Assembly: GCA_038231275.1 (NCBI GenBank)
Contig: JBBRLQ010000010.1
Coordinates: 1-64,000, forward strand
Length of the DNA: 64,000 bases
Source: Polyangiales bacterium
GTDB lineage: Bacteria; Myxococcota_A; Polyangia; Polyangiales; Polyangiaceae
Direction: 5' to 3'
Shown in pieces: positions 54,001-63,101 of this stretch (position 1 is the stretch's first letter; each line of letters starts with the position of its first letter). The translations under genes were made by a program, and so were the position numbers. Under the pieces are notes generated by a model that did not search any database, was not told the DNA's origin, and saw only the letters and a program-made list of their open reading frames with translations.

Positions 54001-54967
54001 GTCGTGCGTGCGTCTCGTGCGCTCGCTGCCCGAGGCGAGCGAGACGTGCGAGCGCGTCCTCCAGCGCATCGATCAGGGCGACGATCTCCCCACGCGTGTC
54101 CGCGCGCGCATCGACGCGGGGCGCATCTTGACGGCGCTCCATCTCTTCGATCTCGGTCGCGAGAAATTCGCGGACGCCGAGCGCATCGCGAAGGGGAGCT
54201 CCAGCGAGGGGCTCATCAAGTCGGCGCTCGTCGCGTCGACCGAGCTCACGGGACGGCAGGGCGATTTCAAGCGCAGCCTCGAGCTCCTCGAGCGCATCCA
54301 GCACATCGTCACCGGCGAGGGCGACAAGGCCGAGGAGCACAAGATCCTCATGAGCCTCTCGCAGGCGCACGCGGCGATGAACGATCGGCGCGCCGCTTTG
54401 TCGGCCCTGGAGCGTGCGGAGGCGCTCACGCCGAACGATCCGATGGCGGCGTGCGAGCGACAGAAGCTGCGCGCGCTCATCGACTACTTCACGCGCGACT
54501 GGCGCGCGGCGGCGGTCTCCTGCGAGAAGGCCGTCGACATGGCGCGCCGCGAGGGGCTCACCTACGAGGTGACCGTCAACCTCCACAACCTGGGCGACAT
54601 CCTCCTACGGCTCAACGACTTCGCGCGCGCGTACGGGGCGCTCCAACAATCGCTCGCGCTGTGCGAGGAGCTCGGGTACGAGCGCCTCGCGAGCCACAAC
54701 CGCATGTTCCTCGCGTTCCTCGACGCGGCCGCCGGCGACGCGAGCGCGGAGGCGGTGCTCCTCCAGGGCATTCGGTATGCGGAGTCGAACGACTTCACTT
54801 GGGACGTCATCAGCGGGCGCTGGCTCCTGGCACAGCTCCAGCACAGACGCGGCGCGTTCGACGCCGCGCGGCTCGAGTTCCAGAAGCTCCTCGACATCGC
54901 GCGGAAGGCCGGCAATCGCCTGGCGGCCGACGACTGCGACGCCGCGCTTCGAGCGATGGCGAGCTGA
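51020..54967 (+). CDS. Ser/Thr kinase, degenerate cyclase-like domain, STAND/AAA ATPase and TPR
   Basis: GQGGMAEVF, HRDVSPQN, DFGIAK, GKFGYMSPE; FVGR..EL, GDHGIGKTRL, GGHPQFIEE; C-terminal TPRs. Confidence 0.9.
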   Translation: MNQTFGRYRLLERLGQGGMAEVFKAKSYGVEGFEKVVVIKRILPELARSKEFVDMFIHEAKLAVRLSHANIVQVFDLGIAPGEDVLGSRRPDAYYMAMEFVHGFDLASLLARCRRQQLVLPIDMGVYIAAEVAKGLDHAHRRRDEQSKALGIVHRDVSPQNVLLSLEGEVKVTDFGIAKAKGALESPAIEDTRSRQLQGKFGYMSPEQARGESVDARSDLFSLGVVLYEMVAGVNPFVAPTTFETLRRVQACEYPPVELLRPDAPPELVAILKTAMSKNPDERYADAGRMYEALLAFLYSQGRRFGAHDLAEFIGTFRAGDDAAPGATMDGPLLDGDHHERGSNERTPVEIPLHGTGPARHDSSASIRIVDVGRAAEMGERREVTALVIELPARGDQAVGGKAQEIVSRYGGRVVKNEPEQIAALFGLGEPDGRDTEVAVRCALVALRALDGPRRPSAGLHTGRIHVAHSGEPTQDERLSALVATAQTLARAREGQLAISNAATRQVRNLFSLEPIPDPAMSSLGQLVKDVTGPSESFGRFVGRKDELRKIGEILAAATKKNARILTVRGDHGIGKTRLLVEVERRLRKGGYNVGWHQATCPPRGRELPLSGIMCMLQVLCGVSDGDPHERIMTVQPRLRALGLHDDDVGAILSALGASVVAPLAGNAKTALRSAFARMVTSLCEDRPHTFAWDAAHSMDSESFALLESVFQRLAHVRVVFAFAARAGFSHPLETLPSHAGLELSDLAAEDVERLVALRLGIDRAPDELLRFVRERAGGHPQFIEEVLKALVDARAVTVADKRIVSMKLVGQELALPKTLRGLVASRVARLAPADRATLQAAAVLGDPVNAAVLAQMLGQAMSLLERSLSTLKERDFLIHVGASELRFTSPIVREVVADALTAEASREMHAAAGTALENVLGDKAWEQAARIAAHLYEAGDREHAASYFAKSGERRLEARQVEAATRDYARAIELCDTAMRTPKELAGWLAGLASCVRLVRSLPEASETCERVLQRIDQGDDLPTRVRARIDAGRILTALHLFDLGREKFADAERIAKGSSSEGLIKSALVASTELTGRQGDFKRSLELLERIQHIVTGEGDKAEEHKILMSLSQAHAAMNDRRAALSALERAEALTPNDPMAACERQKLRALIDYFTRDWRAAAVSCEKAVDMARREGLTYEVTVNLHNLGDILLRLNDFARAYGALQQSLALCEELGYERLASHNRMFLAFLDAAAGDASAEAVLLQGIRYAESNDFTWDVISGRWLLAQLQHRRGAFDAARLEFQKLLDIARKAGNRLAADDCDAALRAMAS

Positions 54968-55085
54968 ACGATCTGTTGAGCCACGCGAGTGGCACGCTGC
55001 GGCGCGGCTGCCATGGCACGGCCCCTCAAACCCTCTTTTTCTCGGCCATTTCGTGCGCGGTACGCGCGCTGCACCACCTCGGACC

Positions 55086-56201
55086 ATGCATAGCTTGGCT
55101 CTTCGTGCGCTCCTTGGTTCGATCGTCGCCGCCGCCGCCGGCGCAAGCGCCTGCACCCTCATTTCGAAGGATGACCCGGCGTGCCCTCACACCGTCGTCG
55201 ACAAGAGCTCGGTGAAGGACGTGCCGCCGGCGACCGCGTGCTCTGTCTTGGCGTCGATTTTTTCGTCCTCCGGCGCGCCCAACAATATCTGCTCCCGTAC
55301 GTGCGGCGACAGCACGGTCAACGACTGCCAGCTGCCTGACGCCTACGTGACGGCGTTTCGGGCGGCGAACCCGAACGCGTACGCCGCCGACGCCGGCCAG
55401 CCAGTGTGTCCGACGACGACGGGGCCCACCGTCGCGCTCACGTGCCAGGAGATCCACAACGAGGGCACGTACCATAGCAGCTGTCCGATCGACGGGCGGC
55501 GCCCGGCGGGGCTCGAGGCGGTGCTTGTCGCCGACGCGCCGGCGGTGGGGAGGTACTTCGCAGGCTGCGCGCACCTCGAGGCGGCGTCGGTCTTCGCGTT
55601 CCGGGTCCTACACCGGGAGCTGCGTGCCCACGAAGCGCCGCGCGACCTCGTGCGTCGTGCGGGAAGAGCTGCGGCGGAGGAGGTTCGCCACGCCGCGATC
55701 ATGACCGAGCTCGCAGCGCGGTTCGGCGCCACGGCCCTCGCGGCGCGTGTGACGTCGCGTCCGGTTCACCCCGTGTTCGAGATCGCGCTGGAGAACGCGG
55801 TGGAGGGCCTCGTGAGGGAGACCTTCGCCGCTGCGGTCGCGCTCTTCCGCGCGGAGAATGCTTCGGACGCGCACGTGCGCGCCGCGATGCGCGCGATCGC
55901 CGAGGACGAGTGTGGGCACGCCGCGTTCAGTGCGGATCTCGACGCCTGGGCGCGGGCGCGGCTCGACGCTCGAGAGAACACGCGGCTCGACGCCGCGATG
56001 CGCGCTGCGATCGAGGATCTCGCCGCCGAGTTTGCGCACGAGCCCGAGCCCGAAGTAAGGCGGGTCGCTGGAGCGCCGAGCGCGGCTCAGGCGAAGCGGA
56101 TTCTTGGGATGCTTGCGCGGGACCTGTTGGGTGGCCCGGGCCGTGTCGTTTTCGGGCACGGGCACGGGCAGGTTTGGGAGGGAGAGGCGCGGTCGGGGTA
56201 G
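55086..56201 (+). CDS. Lipoprotein with a Cys-rich N-terminus and a ferritin-like diiron domain
   Basis: Lipobox ASAC; DGRRP; HLEAASV, EEVRHA, ENAVEG..RE, EDECGHA. Confidence 0.8.
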   Translation: MHSLALRALLGSIVAAAAGASACTLISKDDPACPHTVVDKSSVKDVPPATACSVLASIFSSSGAPNNICSRTCGDSTVNDCQLPDAYVTAFRAANPNAYAADAGQPVCPTTTGPTVALTCQEIHNEGTYHSSCPIDGRRPAGLEAVLVADAPAVGRYFAGCAHLEAASVFAFRVLHRELRAHEAPRDLVRRAGRAAAEEVRHAAIMTELAARFGATALAARVTSRPVHPVFEIALENAVEGLVRETFAAAVALFRAENASDAHVRAAMRAIAEDECGHAAFSADLDAWARARLDARENTRLDAAMRAAIEDLAAEFAHEPEPEVRRVAGAPSAAQAKRILGMLARDLLGGPGRVVFGHGHGQVWEGEARSG

Positions 56202-56232
56202 CGGCAGGGCGCGTGCATCGTACGATGGGGTG

Positions 56233-57654
56233 ATGCACCCCGCGCTCGCACGATGGCTGGTCCTAGGGGCCACGCTTCTTGCGCTCGGGTGCGAGCGGCC
56301 GTTCCTCGCGAGGGATGGAACCCTAGTGTTTCCGGAGACTGGCGCGCACGGGGCGCAGATCGTCACGGCCAACGGGCTCGAGTACCACGACAGCGACGAT
56401 GTCCCGGAACGCCTCGTCGTGCGGGACCCCAGCGAGCCGTGGCGGGCGCCGATCGGGTTCATTTTGCCCCAGAGCGGCCGCTTCACCAGGACGAGCAGTC
56501 CCACCGTGGTCACGACCGACGGGCTCAACATCGTGCTCCGGCCCAGCGACACGCGCGTTCCGTCGTGGGGGGGCGAGGTGCTCGTGCGCATCGACGTGAT
56601 CGCGCCGGCGGCCGAGGGGACGGCGCGTTTCGGGGAGAACGTCGCCATCGTGGTGGACGACGGGCCGGACGTGGCCCACCTCGCCGACGTCGCGATGGGG
56701 CAGCTCTCGGCGCGCGATCGCGTCGCGATCGTCGACGCGCGGGGCGGCAGCGCGATCGTGCCGCCAATGCCCGCGACGCACCGCTCGATGGTGCGCGCGG
56801 CGATCGAGAAGCGACTTGGGACGCGTCGCGGTCCCATCACCCTCGCTGCCGCGCTGCGATCGGCGAGCAGCGCGTTCGGCCCTCAGGGCGCGCGGCGCGT
56901 GCTCGTCCTCACGACGACGCCCGGCACGCAGGCGCACGGCGACGAGGTGCGCGCAGAGCTCGTTCGGCTCATGCGCGACAAGGCGATCGTCTCGGCGGTG
57001 GCGGCGGGCCCGCGAAGCGACGAGTCAGCGATCCTCGATCTCGGCGCGAGCGGCCTCGGCGGCTCCTGCTCCGATCCCGACCTCGTCCAGCGCGAGCGCG
57101 CGGTGCGCGACGCGGTGCCGCCCGCCGGTCTCCTGGTCTTCCGCGGCGTGACGCTCACGTTCGAAGGAACGCCGGCGCCGTCACACGTCCTCGAGGCGTC
57201 GGGCGGCGACGTGATGTGGCACCTCGAGTCCGGCGAGCTCTCGCTCGGCGACGTGCACGCCGGCGAGGCGCGCACCGAGGTCGTTCGCGTGACGGTGCCG
57301 CCGTGGGTGCCAGGTGAGCCGTTCAGCTTCCGCGTGAGCGCCCACGTCGACGACGTGACGCGCGGCATTCCGCGCGAGTTCGTCGCCGACGTCCCGTGCA
57401 TGTACGACGACGACATCGAGCGCATCGCCGAGTCACGCCACGGAGACGTCATCGCGTACGCCTCTGCGCTGGCGGCGCTCAAGCGCCTCGACGCGGCGTT
57501 CGCGGGCGACGGCGTCATCCGCACCGGCGGCCTCCGTAAGCTCGCCCAGCTCCACGCGCGCTCGATGTCCGCCTTCGCGAACGACTCGAAGGATTTCGCC
57601 GCGCGCGAGCAGGCCGATCTCCTCACGGCGCTGCTGATGGCCGTCGAGCGCTGA
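56233..57654 (+). CDS. vWA-like domain lipoprotein (degenerate MIDAS)
   Basis: Lipobox ALGC; NVAIVVD, LSARDRVAIV, RRVLVLT, LGDVHAGE. Confidence 0.65.
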   Translation: MHPALARWLVLGATLLALGCERPFLARDGTLVFPETGAHGAQIVTANGLEYHDSDDVPERLVVRDPSEPWRAPIGFILPQSGRFTRTSSPTVVTTDGLNIVLRPSDTRVPSWGGEVLVRIDVIAPAAEGTARFGENVAIVVDDGPDVAHLADVAMGQLSARDRVAIVDARGGSAIVPPMPATHRSMVRAAIEKRLGTRRGPITLAAALRSASSAFGPQGARRVLVLTTTPGTQAHGDEVRAELVRLMRDKAIVSAVAAGPRSDESAILDLGASGLGGSCSDPDLVQRERAVRDAVPPAGLLVFRGVTLTFEGTPAPSHVLEASGGDVMWHLESGELSLGDVHAGEARTEVVRVTVPPWVPGEPFSFRVSAHVDDVTRGIPREFVADVPCMYDDDIERIAESRHGDVIAYASALAALKRLDAAFAGDGVIRTGGLRKLAQLHARSMSAFANDSKDFAAREQADLLTALLMAVER

Positions 57655-57660
57655 GTCGCT

Positions 57661-59202
57661 TTACGCGTGGACGTCGCTTCGCGAGGTGGCGCCCGGCGAC
57701 GGGATCGTCGGCGTCTGCCGCTGAACGGGCCCGTCCTCGGCGACGAGATCGTACGAGGCCGCGTCGAACTTGCGCGTCTTCCACCGGAACTCGAACGTGA
57801 AGCTCGGCCAGAGGGTGGTGTTCCGCCCGCTCTTGGTGCGGTACCAGCTCGCGCAGCCGCTCGACCAGACGGTGCCGGCGAAGCGCGTTTGGAGCCCCTC
57901 GTTGTAGGCGCGCAAGGTCTCCGGCTTCACGTCGACGGAGCGGAGACCGCGGGCGCGCATCGTCTTGATCGCGTCCAGCACGTACGCGATTTGCGACTCG
58001 ATCATGTAGATCATCGACGAGTGGCCGAGCGCGGTGTTCGGGCCGAAGACGATGAAGTAGTTCGGGAAGCCCGCGACGGTGGTGCCGAGGTAGGCCTCGC
58101 AGCCGTCCTTCCACGCGTCGTTCAGGTGCCGGCCGCCCTTGCCGTACAGATCGAACGGCGCCATCTGCTCGGCGGCGACGAAGCCGGTCGCGAGGACCAG
58201 CGTGTCGACTGCGTGCTTCACGCCGCCTTTGGTGAGCACGCCGTCCGCCTCGATCCGATCGATCGGATCGGTGACCAGCTCGACGTTCTTGCGCTGGAGC
58301 GCCGGGTAGTAGTCATTCGTGAGGAGCACGCGCTTGCAGCCGAGTCGAAACGTGGGCGTCAGCTTCTTGCGGAGCTCGGGATCGGCGACCGTCCGGTGCA
58401 AGTACTTCGTGGCCTGCGCTTCGCCGATGCGCATCATCGTCTTGTTGCCGAAAAAGCCGAGCGCGACGATCTCATTGCGCGTGTAGATCGCCGCGCGCGA
58501 CGCCTTTTGAGACATCGGGTGCGCCTCGAAGCGGGCGCGCTCACCGTCTGTGAAGGGGCGATCGGCCTTCGGCATGATCCACGGCGCGGTGCGCTGGAAG
58601 AGGGCGAGGTGCGCGGCCTTCTTGGCGACCTCGGGCACGATCTGAATCGCGCTGGCGCCGGTGCCGATGACCGCGACGCGCCGGCCGTCGAGCTCGCACG
58701 ACTCGTCCCACTGCGCGGAGTGGAACGTCTTGCCCCCGAACGACGCGAGGCCGGGGATGTCCGGGAGGACCGGCCTTGTGAGCCCGCCGCTGCCCGACAC
58801 GAGGACCCGCGCGCGTAGCGTCTCGCCCTTCGCCGTGTCGACGATCCACTCGCCGGCGGTCTCGTCCCACCGCGCCGAGGTCACGCCGGAGTCGAAGCGG
58901 ATGTGCGGCGCGAGCCCGTATTTCTCCACGCAGCGCTCGAGGTACGCGAGGATCTCCTTCTGCGGCGCGAAGGTCCGCGACCACTTCGGGTTCGGCTCGA
59001 ACGAGAAGGAGTAGAGGTTCGACTCGACGTCGCACGCCGCCCCGGGGTAGCGGTTCGCGCGCCACGTGCCGCCGATTCCGCTCGCCTGCTCGAGGATCGT
59101 GAAGTCGTGGATCCCCTCTTGCTTCAAGCGAATCGCCATCCCGAGGCCCGAGAAGCCGGTGCCGACGATGACGATGTGCTCGGTGCGCGCGGTCTTCTTC
59201 AC
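57661..59202 (-). CDS. Flavin-dependent Baeyer-Villiger-type monooxygenase
   Basis: GTGFSG, GGTW..N.YPG..CD, FGGKTFHSAQWD, GTGASAIQ, GCKR, ATGF. Confidence 0.93.
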   Translation of the reverse strand: MKKTARTEHIVIVGTGFSGLGMAIRLKQEGIHDFTILEQASGIGGTWRANRYPGAACDVESNLYSFSFEPNPKWSRTFAPQKEILAYLERCVEKYGLAPHIRFDSGVTSARWDETAGEWIVDTAKGETLRARVLVSGSGGLTRPVLPDIPGLASFGGKTFHSAQWDESCELDGRRVAVIGTGASAIQIVPEVAKKAAHLALFQRTAPWIMPKADRPFTDGERARFEAHPMSQKASRAAIYTRNEIVALGFFGNKTMMRIGEAQATKYLHRTVADPELRKKLTPTFRLGCKRVLLTNDYYPALQRKNVELVTDPIDRIEADGVLTKGGVKHAVDTLVLATGFVAAEQMAPFDLYGKGGRHLNDAWKDGCEAYLGTTVAGFPNYFIVFGPNTALGHSSMIYMIESQIAYVLDAIKTMRARGLRSVDVKPETLRAYNEGLQTRFAGTVWSSGCASWYRTKSGRNTTLWPSFTFEFRWKTRKFDAASYDLVAEDGPVQRQTPTIPSPGATSRSDVHA

Positions 59203-60053
59203 GAGAGCCCCACGCTCGACAAGTAGGTCGCCGCGAGGTGGTCGGTGTCCGCCTGGGAGGGGTGGAAATCGCGTCGCATGTACTCGAGGATTCCACGTCG
59301 GAAGACGCTGCGCGAGCCCATCTTCGCGCGCGCCGCCCTTGCGTCCTGGCGAAGGCGCCCGAGGGTGAGCTTCGGCTCTTGCGCGAGGAGGCTCGTCGTC
59401 GCCGCGGTCCAAAAGCCGCCGAGGAGCGCGGTGGCGAGGACGAGCCCGGTCATGCGCAGCGCATAGCTTGGCGCGACGGCGCGCAGCACGTCGAAGGCGA
59501 CCGCGCGGTGCTCGATCTCCTCCGACGCGTGCCACAGGAGGAGGTCTCGCATCGACGGGTGCGCATGATCGAGGATGCGCTCGCCGAGCACCTCTTCGGC
59601 GAGAATGGCGGTGAAGTGCTCGCACGCCGCGGTGGTCGCGAGGCGCAGCGCCGGCGGCGAGATTCGCTCGACGAACCCGAACGCGATCGCCTCGTAGATT
59701 CGAAGGAAGCGCTCGATCTCGAAGCCCTGCGCGCGCATCACCTCGAAGAAGCGCTCGTGCTCCTTCGCGTGCCGCCCCTCCTGCCCGAAGAAGCCGCGCA
59801 CCTGCGCGACCAGCCGCGGATCGCCCAGCTCTTTCAGGTAGTGGTTCACCGAGCGGACGAAGAAGCGCTCGCCCGCGGGGAAGAGGAGGTTCACGCCGTT
59901 GACGACCTGGGTGGCCCACACGTTCCCGGCGAACCAGTGGCGGGGGATCGCACGGTCGAGGGGGAGGACCGGGGCGCGGGGCTTCGGAGGCGCGTTGGCG
60001 ACGGGAGCGACGGGAGCGACGGGAGCGCGGGGGAGGGAGGAGGTGGCCTGCAT
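59199..60053 (-). CDS. 'Metal-dependent hydrolase' family protein (ferritin-like dimetal)
   Basis: FPAGERFF, GQEGRHAKEH, ACEHFTA, WHASEEIEHRAVAFD, FHP; overlaps the BVMO start. Confidence 0.85.
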   Translation of the reverse strand: MQATSSLPRAPVAPVAPVANAPPKPRAPVLPLDRAIPRHWFAGNVWATQVVNGVNLLFPAGERFFVRSVNHYLKELGDPRLVAQVRGFFGQEGRHAKEHERFFEVMRAQGFEIERFLRIYEAIAFGFVERISPPALRLATTAACEHFTAILAEEVLGERILDHAHPSMRDLLLWHASEEIEHRAVAFDVLRAVAPSYALRMTGLVLATALLGGFWTAATTSLLAQEPKLTLGRLRQDARAARAKMGSRSVFRRGILEYMRRDFHPSQADTDHLAATYLSSVGLS

Positions 60054-60056
60054 CGT

Positions 60057-60106
60057 TATTGACTCCGATTCAATGACGGTAGCGTCTATTGACCCAAGGT
60101 CAATAG
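60057..60106. promoter_or_regulatory. Two TATTGA-N7-TCAAT(A/G) operators (probable TetR sites)
   Basis: TATTGActccgatTCAATG at 60057-60075 and CTATTGACC-caa-GGTCAATAG at 60086-60106. Confidence 0.75.
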
Positions 60107-60168
60107 CGCCTTGGGCAGATTTTCGACGGGGGTTGCTGCGTCGCCGCACGTGTGGGAGCAAATGGGCC

Positions 60169-60669
60169 ATGGCACGCGCCCGCACCAAGCTCCTCGTCCT
60201 CGCCGTCGTGGCCGCCGCGACGCTCCTCGGCCTCCGTCTCACCCGCAGCGATTCCGCCGATCCGGGCGCGTCCGGTGACGAGGCGTTGATCGACGGCCGC
60301 TTCTGGGTCGAGGGGCGACCCGAGAAGCTCACCGACTACGTGCACGGCGCGTTCTTCATCAGCCGCGCCAACCTCGGCATCTTCGAGCGCGCGAGCGCGT
60401 ACGACATCCGCTTCGAGATCTTCGATCTCTCGCGGTCGGGGACCAACCTGAAGATCTTCTTCCCGCAGACGAAGAAGGAGTCGAAGAGCACCTTCACGCT
60501 GAAAAAATGCTCGGATAAGCCGCCGTTCGACCTCTGCCTCGATCTCGCGGACAACCCGTGGGGCGGGCCGAAGCGCTACTACGGCTTCGAGAAGCCCGAG
60601 GACGAGCGCGCGATGCTCGGCGATCGCGCCTCGCGCATGCGGGCGCGCGTGCCTGCCGCCGCGCGTTGA
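60169..60669 (+). CDS. Exported or membrane-anchored hypothetical protein
   Basis: N-terminal hydrophobic helix; PFDLCLDL..NPWGG.RYY. Confidence 0.7.
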   Translation: MARARTKLLVLAVVAAATLLGLRLTRSDSADPGASGDEALIDGRFWVEGRPEKLTDYVHGAFFISRANLGIFERASAYDIRFEIFDLSRSGTNLKIFFPQTKKESKSTFTLKKCSDKPPFDLCLDLADNPWGGPKRYYGFEKPEDERAMLGDRASRMRARVPAAAR

Positions 60670-60679
60670 CGGCGCGGCC

Positions 60680-61477
60680 TCACTTCATGCGCGCGGCGAC
60701 GATGCCGACGAGCGAGCGGTACGACGCCGGGGCTGCGCGCTTGAGGCGCCAGAACCATCGGCCATCGGCCATCGGGACGCAGTAGAGCTCGTTCTTCTCG
60801 CACGAGCGGATCGACTTCGCGGCGATCTCCTCGGCGGTCTTGCCGCGGTCGACGAGCTTTTGACCCATCGCGCGCTCCTTCTCGTTGGGGAAGCGGCCGC
60901 CCTTGACGATGTTCGTCTTGAAGAACGTCGGGCAGAGGACGGTGACGCCGATCTTGGTGCCGCTCACCTCGGCGGCGAGCGTCTCGGAGAGCGCGATGAC
61001 GCCGGCCTTCGCGACGTTGTACGCGCCCATGCCCGGCGCGGTGAGCAGGCCCGCCGCCGACGCGACGTTGAGCACGTGGCCGTGGCCTTGGCGGCGCAGG
61101 CGCGGGACGAAGGCGTGGCACCCGTGGATGACGCCGTACAGATCGATGTCGAGCGTCCAGCGCCAGTCCTCGATGGGCGCCTCGCCGATGTTGCCGCCGC
61201 TGCTGACGCCGGCGTTGTTGACGATCAAATCGACGTCGCCCTCGCACGCGGCCTCCAGCGCTTGGACGTCCTCGAGCTTGGAGACGTCGCATCGCACGCA
61301 CTTGGCCGACGCGGCGCCGGCAGCGAGGGCGAGCTGCGCGGTCTCGGCGCACCCCTTCTCGTCGACGTCGGACAGCACGAGCGGCGACTTGCGCGCGGCG
61401 AGGTGGAGGGCGAGCGCGCGGCCGAAGCCGCTGCCCGCGCCGGTGATGACGGTGCGAGGTGCGTGAGGGAGCGCCAT
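60680..61477 (-). CDS. SDR-family oxidoreductase
   Basis: TGAGSGFG, NNAG, ASAAG, YNVAK, CPTFFKT. Confidence 0.92.
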   Translation of the reverse strand: MALPHAPRTVITGAGSGFGRALALHLAARKSPLVLSDVDEKGCAETAQLALAAGAASAKCVRCDVSKLEDVQALEAACEGDVDLIVNNAGVSSGGNIGEAPIEDWRWTLDIDLYGVIHGCHAFVPRLRRQGHGHVLNVASAAGLLTAPGMGAYNVAKAGVIALSETLAAEVSGTKIGVTVLCPTFFKTNIVKGGRFPNEKERAMGQKLVDRGKTAEEIAAKSIRSCEKNELYCVPMADGRWFWRLKRAAPASYRSLVGIVAARMK

Positions 61478-61495
61478 GGGTGCGTCCTAGGTTGT

Positions 61496-61514
61496 TATTG
61501 AACGTAAGTCAATA
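61496..61514. promoter_or_regulatory. TATTGA-N7-TCAATA operator between the SDR and tetR genes
   Basis: TATTGAacgtaagTCAATA in the divergent intergenic region. Confidence 0.75.
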
Positions 61515-61532
61515 GTGGGCTAGGCTCGAAGC

Positions 61533-62201
61533 GTGGTGGTTGCGCAGAAGCGGCCGGCGGCGCGGAAGGCGCGGACGCGGCTCGAGGTGGACGAGCGCAA
61601 GGGGCAGCTCCTCGCGATGGGGATCCGCGTCTTCAGCGAACGTTCGTACGACGAGGTCTCCGTCGACGATCTCGCGCGCGCGGCGGGCATCTCGAAGGGC
61701 CTCCTCTACCACTACTTCCCGACGAAGCGCGATTTCTACATCGCGGCATTGAAGCAGGCGGCCAGCGATCTCGTCGCGCGGACGGAGACTCCCGAGGCGG
61801 CGTCACCAGAGGAGAGCGTCGTCCTCGGCCTCCACACGTATTTCGATTTCGTGGAGGAGCACGGTGGCGCGTACCTGGCGCTCGTTCGCGGCGGGCTCGG
61901 GACGGATCCCGAGGTGTACGGAATTCTCGAGGGGACGCGCGCCACGTTCGTCGAGCGCATCGTGGAGGAGCTCCCCGCGCCTGCGCGGCCTGCGTCGCCG
62001 GTGCTGCGCGCGCTCTTGCGTGGGTGGCTCGGCTTCGTCGAGGCGACGGTCACCGAGTGGCTGCTTCGTCGCGACGTGACGCGCGAGCAGCTGGTGCCGC
62101 TCATGACGGCGGTGCTCGGCCAATGCGTGGCGATGGGAGCGGCCGCGATCCCGCCGCCTCACGCGCGCGGCAAGCGCCGAGCAGCGCCCGTCAGCCGGTG
62201 A
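61533..62201 (+). CDS. TetR/AcrR-family transcriptional regulator
   Basis: FSERSYDEVSVDDLARAAGISKGLLYHYFPTK. Confidence 0.93.
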   Translation: MVVAQKRPAARKARTRLEVDERKGQLLAMGIRVFSERSYDEVSVDDLARAAGISKGLLYHYFPTKRDFYIAALKQAASDLVARTETPEAASPEESVVLGLHTYFDFVEEHGGAYLALVRGGLGTDPEVYGILEGTRATFVERIVEELPAPARPASPVLRALLRGWLGFVEATVTEWLLRRDVTREQLVPLMTAVLGQCVAMGAAAIPPPHARGKRRAAPVSR

Positions 62202-63021
62202 GGATGCCCGCGCTCGTCAGGCCGTTCGACCCCACGTCGTAGAGTCGGATTCGCGGATGGCCCTCGCGATCTTCGACGGTCGCGGGCGCGCCGAAGACGC
62301 GGTTCTTGCCGATCCCTCCGACGAGGCGATCGAGCGCGCGGTGCATGTGCCCGTGGAGGAGCTGCACGTGCGGGCTCTTCGCGAGCACGTCGACGAGGCG
62401 CGTCGCGCCGCGGAGGCCGTCGATGAACTGCCAAAGCCGGCGCGCGTGCGAGAACGGTGGGTGGTGCGTGACGACGACGAGCGGCACGTCGCGGAACGCC
62501 GGATCATGGATGCGATCGCCGAGCGCGCGGGCGGTGTCGGCGTGAAGCTCGCCGCCGGAGAGGGCGACGTTTTGGAAGCGCGATGTGTCGACCGGCAGCA
62601 CGACGAAGCCGCGACGCTCGACGACCTGGCCCGCGCGCGCCGCGCTCGACGACGCGTACGCGCGGAGCGGGCCTTCGAGCGCGCGCGTCCAGGCGTCTCC
62701 CGTGGTGTACGCGTCGTGATTGCCCGGGACGAGCGTCACGCTCTCGGGCGCGATGCCCGAGGAGTCGAGCACCTCTGCAAACGCCTCGAACTGCGCGTCG
62801 GTGCCCATCTCGGTCAGATCTCCCGAGACGACGACGTGCTCGGCGGCCGACGCCTTAGCGAGGGCCAGCGCGCGTTCGAGCTTGCGAAGGCGCGCGTCCG
62901 CGTCGAGCGGCCTGTGGATGCTGACGAACTTCAGACCCCAGCCGTAGGCGTCCCGCGACCGTTCCAACGTATGGACGTCCGAGAGGTGCGCGATGCGCGA
63001 GACATGAGCCGACGCCGACAT
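62191..63021 (-). CDS. Calcineurin-like metallophosphoesterase
   Basis: HLSDVH, SGDLT, PGNHD, HHPP, HGHMH. Confidence 0.9.
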   Translation of the reverse strand: MSASAHVSRIAHLSDVHTLERSRDAYGWGLKFVSIHRPLDADARLRKLERALALAKASAAEHVVVSGDLTEMGTDAQFEAFAEVLDSSGIAPESVTLVPGNHDAYTTGDAWTRALEGPLRAYASSSAARAGQVVERRGFVVLPVDTSRFQNVALSGGELHADTARALGDRIHDPAFRDVPLVVVTHHPPFSHARRLWQFIDGLRGATRLVDVLAKSPHVQLLHGHMHRALDRLVGGIGKNRVFGAPATVEDREGHPRIRLYDVGSNGLTSAGILTG

Positions 63022-63101
63022 TGACTGCTCCGCAAGCTAAGATGCCGAATCATGGAAGCATGATGCACGCGCGCGCGTGATTCCACGATCTGGCTTGAAA
63101 A

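Noticed and set aside
54990..55030. Sigma54 promoter (two TGGCACG) before the ferritin-like gene
   Set aside because: Neither has GC at the -12 position
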